Shown here in pieces: positions 18,953-29,104 of a stretch of 64,000 nt of DNA; the first letter of the stretch is position 1; each line of letters starts with the position of its first letter. The notes below the pieces were generated by a model. It saw only the letters and a program-made list of their open reading frames with translations, was not told where the DNA came from and did no database searches. This DNA is from Candidatus Methanosuratincola verstraetei. Its GTDB lineage: Archaea > Thermoproteota > Methanomethylicia > Methanomethylicales > Methanomethylicaceae. A program made the translations under genes and the position numbers. The DNA lies in the NCBI GenBank assembly GCA_049570475.1, contig CP186953.1, positions 96,001-160,000 on the forward strand, in the 5' to 3' direction.

Positions 18953-20038
18953 CTAGGCAGGCACCGGCGGATTGGCGAGTGGCGCTCCAGCGGAGCCGCC
19001 GCATCCTCCGCCTTTCCCTTCATCGAGGGCAACCCTGAACCCAACATAGGATGCGGTTAGCCCGCTCACCAAAAGCTCGAACCAGAACATCACGAGCCTG
19101 GAGAGTATGGTAACAGACGCGGCTATCTCCGCAGGGACGCCGAATCCCATGAAGAACCCGGTCATCGAGACCTCGATCACGCCGACCAGCCCCGGGATCC
19201 CCACAGGCATCAGCTGGACCATGCTGACGAAGATCGAGACCATGAGCACAGCCCAGTACGAGATCGGGTACCCGATGGACAGGAACATCACATATGGGAT
19301 CAGCGCGACCAAGAAGTACCTCACGGTAGCGATTGCGGCGGAAAGGATCAGGGACCTCCTCCTCGCCCCCGTTATCGACTCCTGGAAGGCGCATAGAGCG
19401 CTCACCGCCCTCTCCTTGCTCCTCTCTGCGTCATAGTCGCGCTTCAGGCGCTTGATGAGCGGGGCCGTACGGGAGATCAGGCCGCAGATGTGCCTCTCGA
19501 ACTTCCTCGAGTTAATTGCAAGGTACACGCCGAGGAGGCTGACGGCTATCGTGGAAACGCCTATCGCAATGAAGGAGTAGAACGAGCTCAGCTGCATCGC
19601 CCCGTTAGCAGCCAGGAGGATGATGCCCAGCCCAAGGACGCCGCAGAATGTGACCGCTAGGATCAGGCGGTGGAGCACCACGCTCGCCGTGGCCTCCCCG
19701 ATGCTCAGCCTAGACCTCTTTGTGGTCATCGTGATCCGCACTATCTCGCCGGAGACAGAACCGGTAGGTATCATCATGTCGCCGAATATGCTGACGAGGA
19801 CGACCTCGAAGGATCGGAGGAAGCCCATCCCTGGGGGGCTTAGGAGGACTTTCCAGCTGAGCGTGAATAGCGATATGCAGAGGACGTCTATCAGGATCGC
19901 GAGAATGGCTACCCTGGGATCGAGCGCCAGGATGATCTGGACAACCTCCCAGAAGCCGACGAAGTATAGGTACAGGAGAAGGATGGCTACCCCTGCGATT
20001 ATCGCCAGCTTCTTAGGGCTTATCGGGAGCTTCCCCAA
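18953..20038 (-). CDS. UPF0104 / lysylphosphatidylglycerol-synthase TM domain (flippase-like) membrane protein
   Basis: Multi-TM; IPTG..SGEIVR, PVGIPGLVGVIE, R...FW motifs; start uncertain (TTG 20038; ORF track 20155). Confidence 0.8.
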   Translation of the reverse strand: MGKLPISPKKLAIIAGVAILLLYLYFVGFWEVVQIILALDPRVAILAILIDVLCISLFTLSWKVLLSPPGMGFLRSFEVVLVSIFGDMMIPTGSVSGEIVRITMTTKRSRLSIGEATASVVLHRLILAVTFCGVLGLGIILLAANGAMQLSSFYSFIAIGVSTIAVSLLGVYLAINSRKFERHICGLISRTAPLIKRLKRDYDAERSKERAVSALCAFQESITGARRRSLILSAAIATVRYFLVALIPYVMFLSIGYPISYWAVLMVSIFVSMVQLMPVGIPGLVGVIEVSMTGFFMGFGVPAEIAASVTILSRLVMFWFELLVSGLTASYVGFRVALDEGKGGGCGGSAGAPLANPPVPA

Positions 20039-20249
20039 GGCAATCCCCTTCACGGCATTCCAGATAAGCAGGTATGGGCATAGAGACCTATTAACCATGT
20101 CGCTCCATGTATGAATGAGAATAGGAGGCAGGATTGCTCTAGTGGTTAATTGCACAACTTGGGCTTATGCTAAGCATCGCCCTTGAGGACTGACCATCTT
20201 CTTATATTTCCACAAAGCAGAGTAGTTGCAACAATCCGAGGCGGTTTCG

Positions 20250-20984
20250 ATGGGCATCCATGAAAAGCTTGAAAGATCCGTCGAGAGGATCTTCTTCGGC
20301 GGCAGGAGGACGAAGGCGAGCGAGTATATCGCATATGCAACTGGGAACATCGTGCTGATGGTTATCCTCTTCTTTGTGGCACTCAACACTATAGGCTACG
20401 ACTGGACCGGGCAGCTCTACCCGCCTGGCGCTGGATACCGCCTCGACTTCCTGACGGGCGGGCTCGAGGACGGCATCCCACTGGTCCCGGAGTTCGTGGT
20501 CTTCTATTTGTATCTCTTCTACCCCCTGGCGATCGTCACGATGGCCTTCTTCGGCCTCGTCGAGTACAGGAGGGGATACGCCCTGGGGTGGTCCCTCGTC
20601 GCGATCAACGCAATCGCGCTGGCGGTCTACGTGGTATTCCCGGTCTCGACATACTGGTGGAGGCAGGAGTTCCTCGCCCACCCGATGCCTGGCTTCTGGG
20701 CCGAGCAGGTCTACGCCATATGGGGCAGAGACACATCCTTCAACTGCTTCCCGTCGCTCCATGCTGCGGTGTCCACGACCTGCGCCTACGCATGGCACAG
20801 GTACAGGAGGGCTAAGCCTGGACGGGCAACGAGAGTGGCTGAGGCCGTCGCCGTCTTCATCGCAGCGGGCGTCGTTCTGTCCACCCTCTTCGTGAAGCAA
20901 CACTACATAGCGGACGAGGTAGCCGGCGTGGTGCTGGCACTTCTAGTTGGTAAGATCTTGTTCGACCGCCTCTGGAGCGACTGA
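20250..20984 (+). CDS. PAP2 / inositolphosphorylceramide-synthase-like membrane phosphoesterase
   Basis: NCFPSLHAA and STLFVKQHYIAD motifs, several TM helices; ATG 20250 (ORF track 20226). Confidence 0.85.
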   Translation: MGIHEKLERSVERIFFGGRRTKASEYIAYATGNIVLMVILFFVALNTIGYDWTGQLYPPGAGYRLDFLTGGLEDGIPLVPEFVVFYLYLFYPLAIVTMAFFGLVEYRRGYALGWSLVAINAIALAVYVVFPVSTYWWRQEFLAHPMPGFWAEQVYAIWGRDTSFNCFPSLHAAVSTTCAYAWHRYRRAKPGRATRVAEAVAVFIAAGVVLSTLFVKQHYIADEVAGVVLALLVGKILFDRLWSD

Positions 20985-21198
20985 ACGCCGCGATGAGGCA
21001 TGCCCCCATCCCAGCACCCACGCCGTTGCGGCGGCTGTGAGCGATATGAGGGGAACTCCGGACTGCAATGTGGTACTTCACCTTGAGCCTCAGTAGAATG
21101 CCCAGGCAATTCGGACGCGCTGCGTCTGCCGGTTCCTGTGAACCCAATTTAGGTAAACCTTATATGCCCACCCTTTGGTAGTAACAATTGGTGGTAAA

Positions 21199-21429
21199 TT
21201 GAGCAAGTACACCACGCTCTCGGTCAAAGTGCCCAGGGAAGTAAAAGAGAAGTTGAAGAAGCACGGCATCAGACCCTCGGAGATTTTGAAGAAGGCCATA
21301 TTAGACGAGATCAGGGAGAGGGAGATCGAGGAGCTGGAGCGGAGGGCGGACGAGATGAAAGATGAATTGGCAAAATTCTCCACGGAGTACGTGGTCAAGG
21401 CCATCAGGGAAGACAGGGATTCCCGATGA
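21199..21429 (+). CDS. vapB: VapB-type antitoxin (ribbon-helix-helix)
   Basis: TTLSVKVPREVKEKLKK RHH strand-helix, C-terminal VKAIREDRDSR; ATGA overlap with PIN gene; TTG start 21199 (track 21175). Confidence 0.8.
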   Translation: MSKYTTLSVKVPREVKEKLKKHGIRPSEILKKAILDEIREREIEELERRADEMKDELAKFSTEYVVKAIREDRDSR

Positions 21430-21827
21430 GTTGCGTCTTCGATTCTTCGTCGATATTCGAGGCTCTGATCAGGAAAAGGATAAGGTGCCTCAGCGGCAAC
21501 CTGACGATCAGCCTCGCCAGGTACGAGTTGGGAAACGTGATATGGAAGAGGGGCATGCTTTCCAAGGACCTAAAAACAGATGCCCAAGCGAAGCTCCTCG
21601 CCCTGGCTAGAGACGGGCTCAAACTGATGAAAGTGATCGACATAGAGGGGCAGGAAGAGGGCGTGCTGAATGTGGCTGAGGAGCTTAAGATCGCATTCTA
21701 CGACGCTTCATACGTCTATGCTGCGAAAGCCCGAGGGGTGCCACTGGTGACTGAGGACAAGGGGCTGAGGGAGAGGGCAAAATGCAAGGTAAAAACTGTG
21801 AGCCTAGACCAGCTTGTAGCAACGTAA
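21426..21827 (+). CDS. vapC: VapC PIN-domain toxin
   Basis: VFDSS, YELGN, FYDASY, LVTED acidic PIN tetrad. Confidence 0.88.
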   Translation: MSCVFDSSSIFEALIRKRIRCLSGNLTISLARYELGNVIWKRGMLSKDLKTDAQAKLLALARDGLKLMKVIDIEGQEEGVLNVAEELKIAFYDASYVYAAKARGVPLVTEDKGLRERAKCKVKTVSLDQLVAT

Positions 21828-21972
21828 ATTGGGAAAATGCACATTGATGCTACCAGAGACTAATAGACGGCACGGCAGGGTAAAAAATTGAGATAATAGC
21901 TTAAGCAATGTGCGCTTGCCTCAGCGTTGGCTTATTTTCTAAACCGATTATGAATTGATATGGAGATTTACA

Positions 21973-22434
21973 TCAATCTATCGTCTCTACCGCCTGCAGT
22001 TCTTCTATATATTCTTCTGAGAGCAGATCTCGACCCTTCAGGAGGTGATTCAGGTATTCCCTTTTCGGCTTTAGTCCTTCTTCAACCTTATTTTCGTTAG
22101 CAACATAAGCCCATGCTTTGAGGGGCTTTCCCTCGCATTCGACTTCAACCTCTATCCTATTATAATGGGCAGGAAAGCCTTCGTAATAATCTAATCTTTT
22201 GAGGCTGGTTTCATCAATTTCATAGAGTATGCCTTCAACCCTTCCCTCGCCTCTGACGATATTGGCAAAGCCAGAGCCCGGGTAGCTTGAATCGCGCTTG
22301 TTAAACACAAGGTTATATCCATTGAGTGTTGCACGCTTTCTTGAGTGGAAAGAGCCTATCCTACCTCTCAGCCTATCTTGATCCATATTCGATCCGTACG
22401 CAAAATAGAATACTTTTTGGGGCATATCTAACAC
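21973..22434 (-). CDS. Gamma-glutamylcyclotransferase (AIG2-like) family protein
   Basis: YFAYGSNM, V.GILYE, LDYYEG.P.HY.R, P..EYL; AT-rich codon usage; start 22434 or ATG 22425. Confidence 0.85.
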   Translation of the reverse strand: MLDMPQKVFYFAYGSNMDQDRLRGRIGSFHSRKRATLNGYNLVFNKRDSSYPGSGFANIVRGEGRVEGILYEIDETSLKRLDYYEGFPAHYNRIEVEVECEGKPLKAWAYVANENKVEEGLKPKREYLNHLLKGRDLLSEEYIEELQAVETID

Positions 22435-22530
22435 AGTGACACAACAATAATTGTTTGCTAATAATGGTTATTCTTATTGATAGGCATCTTAAAAGAAATC
22501 CGCGATTTAAAAAGCCATGCAGATACGAAA

Positions 22531-22716
22531 TTATCTAGCCTTTATGAAGCCTTTCCCTTCTTCCTTCCTCAGCGTGAACTTGAACTTCTCGCCGATGTAA
22601 TAATCCCTGAAAGTCACTCCGCAGCCGCAGATGTACTCCTTTACGTCGAATTTTCCGTACTTCCAAGATTTTGATTCTTTTTGTATCGATTTACCGCAAA
22701 CAGGACAGTTTGACAT
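22531..22716 (-). CDS. 61-aa basic zinc-ribbon protein
   Basis: CPVCG ... CGCG knuckles, Lys-rich; GGAGTG SD-like motif upstream. Confidence 0.65.
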   Translation of the reverse strand: MSNCPVCGKSIQKESKSWKYGKFDVKEYICGCGVTFRDYYIGEKFKFTLRKEEGKGFIKAR

Positions 22717-22911
22717 TTATTTTCACTCCGCATATCTCTATTTTTGATTTTTAGTTAATAAGGATTAATATTTGTATTAATTGCGACTCAAACCATGAAA
22801 ACTTCCCGGGTCTTATTTCCTCGACCTTTTAGCCATCGAAAGCCAGATTCTAAATTATTGGCTTGCAATATCCGAATGATTTTTTAAGCTATTCTTTAAA
22901 CTCAGGCGCTG

Positions 22912-25900
22912 CTATTCCGCAACAAACCTCTCAAACCCTGTGAGCTCGTAGAACGGTCGCAGGACCTCCTTCACGTTCAGGTTTTTGAGCGGATCTGGCA
23001 CGGCATAAATCGTTACAGCCCCGCCCCCTTCCTTGGCTATGAAAAGGACGTATGACTCGTGGTAGAACTCTGCCATGACCTTCTCGTTCGGCGTAAGCTC
23101 TGGGCAGGACCAGTGCCTCAGCCCCTTAACCTCCACCCTCAGAGTCCCGTCCGCCCGGGAGCACTCGAGGTCGTAACCCCGGTTCTCAGCCGACACATCC
23201 TTCACCCTGTACCCCTTTGCTCTGAAGTGAGTTTCCGCTGCCCTCATAGCCATCATCTCCACTTCGTGCCTCTCCCTCCAGGCATCCTCAGGGGACTTTA
23301 CGAACCTCACAGGGCTCGCGGACGGTCCTTCGCCCATCCCCGCACCTGCGTCTTGGCCTGGATCAGCAACTGCTACTGCCCCTGTTTCTACTACTGTTCC
23401 CGTTTCTGCTTCTGCTGCAATGGTTGCGTTTGCTGATGCGCCTGTGCTTGTCCCAGCTCCCGCCCCTTGTCCCAGGCAGACGCCTGCGCCGAGCCGGACT
23501 GTGACGACCTCGACATTCGACTGATTCGGCTCATTGGCGAACCACTCCTTCAAACTCGCCCTTATCCCCTCCCTCCTGTACTCGTCCTTCTCTTTGGAGA
23601 GCTCGTTGCGAATGCGCTGCAGCCCTTCGTCCCATAGCCTCCTCGCGTACTCCAGCCACCTGCCCTTCTGCGCCTCCTCGTACTCCTTAGCCGGCAAGAA
23701 CCTGACCGGCTCTATCCTTCCGGTGAACGCCGGCGCCAGGCTCAGGACTCCCCTGTAGGTGAGCACCCCGTCTGGGGTCTCGACCAACGGCTCCCTGAAG
23801 ACCGCCCTCCCGCCTATCCTGACTTCCTTGATCACGATCTCTCCGTCCATGTCCTTGCTGTAGCTGAAGCTGACGCGCGGATACCCAGCACCGGAGAGGA
23901 GCCCCTTCCCAGCCTGTATCGCTGCCCTCATCCCCTTGCTCTCGAGGGAGAGGGATTTGGAGTCCACCCTCACGTACTCATCGCCGAGGTGGACATGGTA
24001 GCTCGATGGAAAGTCCCCGACCGCTGCCCCCGCGTCCTTCAGGTACTGGAGGAACCTAAGGAGGTCTGCCTCGAGGACTATGTCGTTGAGGTTCACGATG
24101 TTCAGCTTTTGGAGAGACTCGGCGTTCACTACCCGCGGGAGCGACATGCTCTTGCTCAGGACTTCCAGGACCTCCTTCCCCAGCTTCTCCGTCGCCTCGT
24201 GAGCCTTCTCCAGCCTTCCCTCTGCGTCGCCGCCCGTGTATGCCTCCTTGACCACTTCTTCCACGGGGCCGAGCTCCTTGCCGAATACCGAGAGACCCAC
24301 GTCCCCGAACTCCCTGCTTATCCTGGCTATCTTCTCGAGCATGACCTCCATGACCCTCCTCTCGACTGGGAACGGCGGGAGGAAGTTCACTATCAGCAGG
24401 TGCTTGTGCTGCTGCTTCAGCCGCCATATCCTCCCTACCCTCTGTATGTACGCCACGGGCGACCAGGGCACCTCGTAGTTCACCTCGACTGAGGCTGCCT
24501 GCAGGTTAAGCGACTCCCCCATGGCGTCCGTCCCGACGATGACCCTGTGCGCCGCGCTGCTGGTGAATTCGTCCACGACCTTCTTCCTCTCGTCTATGTC
24601 CATGGATCCCGTTATCACGAGCGGATTGAGATCAGCCAAGATCTCCTTCAGGTACTCCACCGTCTCCCTGAAGGACGTGAAGATTATGGCTTTCCTCCCT
24701 TCGCCGTTCAGCCCCCTTGCAATCTCGAGGAGGCGCTTTCCCTTGCTGTCAACCGGCATCTGCCTGAGGAGGCGCTCGCCCTTCTCGATGAGCGGCTTCA
24801 GCTCTGCGATCTCCGCCTCGAGCTCTTCCCTGCTGGCTGCCATGCCCAGCAACTTCTCAAGCTCATCCTCCGTGAGCTCCCCGCCCTCCCTCACCCTCTC
24901 TGCGTATTCCTCTGCCTCCTCGTCGGTGATGCCCTCGATCTGGTCCAGGACGATCTTCTCCCTCCTCCTCTTCAGCAGCTTCAGACCCGCCCTCATACTC
25001 GAGGATATGGCCCTGCTCACTATAACGCCGAGGAGCCCGTACCCTCGCCCGGCGCGGTAGATCCTCCTTATGTACTGCTCTGCGGACCGGTAGAAGTCCT
25101 CCTCATCCGGCGTGACGGGCGGCTCCTCCTTCCTTTCTTCCACAAGCTGGTCGAAGAGGGGGCGGTTGTTGATGTCCTTGCCCTCCTTCTTAGTCCTCCT
25201 GATGACGAGCGGGCTCGGGGCGATCGTGCTCAGGCGGAAGTTGTACTTCTCGGAGGATCCGTCGTGAGGAGTGGCTGTGAGGGCAATGAAGTGCCGGGTC
25301 TTCTTCGTGAGCAGCGAGACCAGCCTCCTTCTCAAGTTGTACGGGGATACGCGGTGGTACTCGTCCACGACGATCATATCCCACTCCTGGGAGGAGAGCC
25401 GCTCTTCCCACCGGTCTGCCTTCAGGGTCTCCATCGAGGCTATCGTGAGGTCCGCGAAGGATGGATTCTTGGGATCGAATGTGGTGAACTCTAGCCCGAA
25501 CTTGTCATTCATCTCTGCCCTGAACTGCGGGAGCACTGAGGGGGGCGTGATTATCAGGATCCTCCTGGCTGGCGGTCTCGGCGGCTTGAGCGGGAACTCG
25601 GACCTGCCAAGGAGCTCCTTGATCAGCATCCCCACCAAGATGGTCTTCCCAAGCCCGGTCTCGTAGGCTATGAGCGTGCGGATGCACCCGCCCCTCTTCT
25701 CCTCCTCCATGAGCTTCGCAAAATCGTGGATCTGGTACGGGATGAGGTCTATCTTCGACGATGAGAAGACCGAGAGGGGGTCGTATTCAGCTTTACACTC
25801 CAAGTAGTGGGCGGTGAGGAAAGCCATGAAGGCAGCATAGCCCCGGTATTCCTCGGATATCGATCCTCCTGCGGGGGGTGCTGGAGCGGTATTCATAGAA

Positions 25901-25995
25901 GAATGAGGGGCGTTAGTCGAGGCAAGAAAGGCGTTTGTTGAGGTTGAGGCGCAGGGGGCGGCGTTCAAGGGAGTGCCATGTCCTTCACTGGTCAT
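22912..25995 (-). CDS. SNF2-family helicase with C-terminal DUF3883 (PD-(D/E)xK-like) nuclease domain
   Basis: PYQ Q-motif, ETGLGKT, DEYH, TATPH, TDAMGESLNLQ, QRVGRIWR; C-terminal E..A......GY.V.DVS..NRGYD...VEVKG. Confidence 0.9.
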   Translation of the reverse strand: MTSEGHGTPLNAAPCASTSTNAFLASTNAPHSSMNTAPAPPAGGSISEEYRGYAAFMAFLTAHYLECKAEYDPLSVFSSSKIDLIPYQIHDFAKLMEEEKRGGCIRTLIAYETGLGKTILVGMLIKELLGRSEFPLKPPRPPARRILIITPPSVLPQFRAEMNDKFGLEFTTFDPKNPSFADLTIASMETLKADRWEERLSSQEWDMIVVDEYHRVSPYNLRRRLVSLLTKKTRHFIALTATPHDGSSEKYNFRLSTIAPSPLVIRRTKKEGKDINNRPLFDQLVEERKEEPPVTPDEEDFYRSAEQYIRRIYRAGRGYGLLGVIVSRAISSSMRAGLKLLKRRREKIVLDQIEGITDEEAEEYAERVREGGELTEDELEKLLGMAASREELEAEIAELKPLIEKGERLLRQMPVDSKGKRLLEIARGLNGEGRKAIIFTSFRETVEYLKEILADLNPLVITGSMDIDERKKVVDEFTSSAAHRVIVGTDAMGESLNLQAASVEVNYEVPWSPVAYIQRVGRIWRLKQQHKHLLIVNFLPPFPVERRVMEVMLEKIARISREFGDVGLSVFGKELGPVEEVVKEAYTGGDAEGRLEKAHEATEKLGKEVLEVLSKSMSLPRVVNAESLQKLNIVNLNDIVLEADLLRFLQYLKDAGAAVGDFPSSYHVHLGDEYVRVDSKSLSLESKGMRAAIQAGKGLLSGAGYPRVSFSYSKDMDGEIVIKEVRIGGRAVFREPLVETPDGVLTYRGVLSLAPAFTGRIEPVRFLPAKEYEEAQKGRWLEYARRLWDEGLQRIRNELSKEKDEYRREGIRASLKEWFANEPNQSNVEVVTVRLGAGVCLGQGAGAGTSTGASANATIAAEAETGTVVETGAVAVADPGQDAGAGMGEGPSASPVRFVKSPEDAWRERHEVEMMAMRAAETHFRAKGYRVKDVSAENRGYDLECSRADGTLRVEVKGLRHWSCPELTPNEKVMAEFYHESYVLFIAKEGGGAVTIYAVPDPLKNLNVKEVLRPFYELTGFERFVAE

Positions 25996-26008
25996 CGCTC
26001 TCCACCGC

Positions 26009-28615
26009 CTAGTACTGGGTTATGGTCCTGTCCATCGAGTCCAGCCCCGAGAGCAGCTCCTTGCAGACTTTCCCCTCCTCGTACGAGGGGTTCAGATCAT
26101 GCGCGCCGGCCAGCGCCCTAATCACCCCCAGTATGGCGTTCTTCCCGTATGGCGAGGACTCGACGTATTCCAATGCGGCAGTCACTCCTCCCCGCATGTA
26201 CGCCCTGAGCGTCAGGTGCACGGCGTCTATCAGCGACCCAGCCACGAGCGGCTCAGCCCCGTCCACCTCGATCGATCCACGCTCGCTGAACTGCAGGAGC
26301 CTGACCCTCCCGCCCGACTTCTCAACCAGCCCGCCCAGCGACTGCTCCGATACCCCGAGGGCTTTCAGAGTCTGGTTGAACGCGGAGTAGTCCATGTCCT
26401 TCTCGGCGCTGTGCCTGAGCCAAGCGTAGACCATCGTCGGCGCGTCCACCTGATCGACCCCCAGCGCATTCCTTGCGAATGCCTCCACCAGGAACCTCTG
26501 ACCGGTCTCCAGCGCGTACTCCGAGAGATCCTTCGTGAACGACATTATCTCAGAGTAAGACGTCACTATCTCGAGGACTATCCCGGAGGCTGCGACCATC
26601 AGGTTCGTCCTGTCCTTCCCGTAGATCTTCTCCAGCTCCCCGTATCGGTCCATTATCGCCTTCTTTATCTCGTCCTCTATCTCCACGATGTTGCCCTTCT
26701 TCTCGCCCCTGCGCTTCCTGGCTGTGAGCAGCAATGAGTGGAATATGGAGCTCTTATTCCTGGCGATGACGTTCTCGGAGCTCTCGGTCCTGAGGGCTAT
26801 CGTGGAGGTCACCCTGAAGCCGCTCCTCCGCAGCGCCTCGAGGAGGTACTTCCACCCCTCCACCTTCTTGTGGGCGTAGAATATCGCTGCGACTCCATCG
26901 TCGTCTAGGAGGTCGTGCATCCGCCTTATGGCGATCAGCATCCGCTTCTCGAACATCTCCTCGTCCCTGTACCGCCCGACGCTCAGCTCCTCAGCCGTGT
27001 TGGGCACGGGATTGATGCCCAGCAGGTGCCCGACGCTCCGAGCGTGCCAAACCTGGAAGAACTGGATGATCTCCGGGTACTGGACGTCGTCGTAGTAGGG
27101 CGGGTCGGTGATGATGAACTTGAACTTCCTGTTGCCCTCCGGCTTCCAGGAGAGGATCGAGGCGTTGATTATCTCAACGTGCTTTGGAGCCCGTTGGTTC
27201 CCCTCCAGCCCCTTTTGATTCAGCTCATTCAGCGCGAAATCGAGCCCGTCGAGCACGTCGTGGATCATCCCGCCGAGCGATCCGGAGAACTTGACGAATG
27301 GGTTGGTCTCCGCATGGTTCCACATCATGCCGATCCCGCGCATTCTCAGAGAACTTGCAATTTGCACTTTTGAGTTGTGCCAACCCGCAGATCTAGAATT
27401 GCGGTCCACATGCTTAGCGAGGACCATAGAGAGGTAGGATCCAATGGAAGCCGCGTACTCATCCCCCTCCCTTGCTCTTATCTCCTCAACCACCTTCTTT
27501 ATCTCGCAGGCTAGCGAAGCCAACACTAAGAGCTGCCTCGGGTTGAAGACCCTGTGCCACTGTTTGAGGTACCTGTGTGCCCATAATGATCTATTATCAG
27601 CCGCCATACTCTCCGTCGGTATGAATGCTGATAGTTCGGACAGGTGCGCCTTCAGGTACTGTCTAGCGTCATTGAGTGCCCTTTTCTGCTCTTCGTCCGC
27701 GATTGCAAACTCCCCTTTGCCCAAGTAGAGCGCCAGCAGGTGCTCCCTTTCATTCTTTGAAATATCCTCTACAATATAGTCGTTCTTTATTGATTGAGTG
27801 CAGAAAAGGCAGGTGGCTTCGCCCTCCTTCATATTACCTTCTGGCGCCTCACCCCTCTTTACCGAGTATGTTATTCGGTCTCCCTCGATCTGATATCCCA
27901 GATAGAGTCCATCTTTGGAGGATAGCCACCAGTTCCCAACAATGGGCGTCTCCTTTCCGCAGTAGGGGCACTTCACCGCCCAGGCATGTATGTATGCCTT
28001 CACCTCCTTCCCCTTGTAGGGCGGGTAAAAGCGCCCCAGTTTCTCCTTCAGTGAAGAGTATATCCTTTCAGCGTGAAATTTGACGTCGCTGTAAAGCTTG
28101 AACCGCCCGTCCTTGTTTATCGCATTGTATTTCAACGGATACTCCAAGGTGCACCTCATAATGAGGCAGGCAACAGGGTTGTAATCTATTCCCACAACGT
28201 CGCAACCGAGCCTAAGCGCCTCGAAGAGTATCATCCCCGTGCCGGCGAAGGGGTCCAGCACTGTGACTCCATCAGGGTACCGCTCCCTTATCTTCTTAAG
28301 AAGCTCAGAGGGCACCCTCTTGTACCCACTCTGAGCCAGCGTGGTGTCCAGCCCCATGAACTTGTAGAATGCCTCTTCTTCGACTGGCGCATCTTCTTCC
28401 CCGAGCAGAGTCCCAGCAACCGCAAGTCGCGATATGATCAGCGGCTTCCTCGTGTGATAATAGTGCATCTCAGATATAGGCGGCTTCCCAAGCTTTTCCT
28501 TCTTTGCGTCTGTATTGATCAGCGCAACAGGAACGCCCCGTTCTAGCAGGCACCTGCCCTTCGCCTTCTTCTCAGCTTCCTCCTTTTCCTCTATGTTTTC
28601 AACAATTTCACTCAT
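26009..28615 (-). CDS. DUF1156-containing adenine-specific DNA methyltransferase with Zn ribbon
   Basis: N-terminal E...P..EK...MHYYHTRKPL, DPFAGTG (motif I), CPYC..CLFC, FNPRQLL, TDPPYYD (motif IV). Confidence 0.9.
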   Translation of the reverse strand: MSEIVENIEEKEEAEKKAKGRCLLERGVPVALINTDAKKEKLGKPPISEMHYYHTRKPLIISRLAVAGTLLGEEDAPVEEEAFYKFMGLDTTLAQSGYKRVPSELLKKIRERYPDGVTVLDPFAGTGMILFEALRLGCDVVGIDYNPVACLIMRCTLEYPLKYNAINKDGRFKLYSDVKFHAERIYSSLKEKLGRFYPPYKGKEVKAYIHAWAVKCPYCGKETPIVGNWWLSSKDGLYLGYQIEGDRITYSVKRGEAPEGNMKEGEATCLFCTQSIKNDYIVEDISKNEREHLLALYLGKGEFAIADEEQKRALNDARQYLKAHLSELSAFIPTESMAADNRSLWAHRYLKQWHRVFNPRQLLVLASLACEIKKVVEEIRAREGDEYAASIGSYLSMVLAKHVDRNSRSAGWHNSKVQIASSLRMRGIGMMWNHAETNPFVKFSGSLGGMIHDVLDGLDFALNELNQKGLEGNQRAPKHVEIINASILSWKPEGNRKFKFIITDPPYYDDVQYPEIIQFFQVWHARSVGHLLGINPVPNTAEELSVGRYRDEEMFEKRMLIAIRRMHDLLDDDGVAAIFYAHKKVEGWKYLLEALRRSGFRVTSTIALRTESSENVIARNKSSIFHSLLLTARKRRGEKKGNIVEIEDEIKKAIMDRYGELEKIYGKDRTNLMVAASGIVLEIVTSYSEIMSFTKDLSEYALETGQRFLVEAFARNALGVDQVDAPTMVYAWLRHSAEKDMDYSAFNQTLKALGVSEQSLGGLVEKSGGRVRLLQFSERGSIEVDGAEPLVAGSLIDAVHLTLRAYMRGGVTAALEYVESSPYGKNAILGVIRALAGAHDLNPSYEEGKVCKELLSGLDSMDRTITQY

Positions 28616-28680
28616 TGACCATCACCAAAAATTCATGTAACAACATTTTCCCTCAGTTGCTGGCCGGTCGGTCAAAGCCA

Positions 28681-29064
28681 CTACCTCATGTGGATGTGCT
28701 TCAGCGCCCCGATCGCCCTGGCTCCATAGGAGTGGTACTGCCAGACCCAGAATATCGTCTCCTCCAGCGTCAGCGTTTTGAGGACGGAGAGAGCTTTGCA
28801 TGCCCTCGATGCGCCCACTTCCGGCAGGAGCTTGGCTGCCAGGAAGAGCCTGTACCCCCTCTCACGGTTGTCCCTGCCCGAGAAGTGCCTGTCCAGCTCG
28901 GCGAGCGCCATCGCCCTCCACCCCCCTACCCTGCCGATCGCATTATCCTGCCCCATGAAGCTCTCCACCAGGACTGCCCTCTTCCTTGCCCTGTCGATCT
29001 TAACGGTGTACCTGAAGTTGTCGTAGAGGAGGCGGATCTCTGCCCCTGGCTTTGGTGCCAACAT
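28681..29064 (-). CDS. 127-aa small protein, probable DUF3780-equivalent of the DUF499 system
   Basis: Sits between DUF499 and DUF1156 genes; GGAGGT SD; C-terminal helical L.LEE..FW motif. Confidence 0.6.
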   Translation of the reverse strand: MLAPKPGAEIRLLYDNFRYTVKIDRARKRAVLVESFMGQDNAIGRVGGWRAMALAELDRHFSGRDNRERGYRLFLAAKLLPEVGASRACKALSVLKTLTLEETIFWVWQYHSYGARAIGALKHIHMR

Positions 29065-29104
29065 TATTTTAGGACCTCCTCCCCTGCTCGTTTATATGCG
29101 CTCT

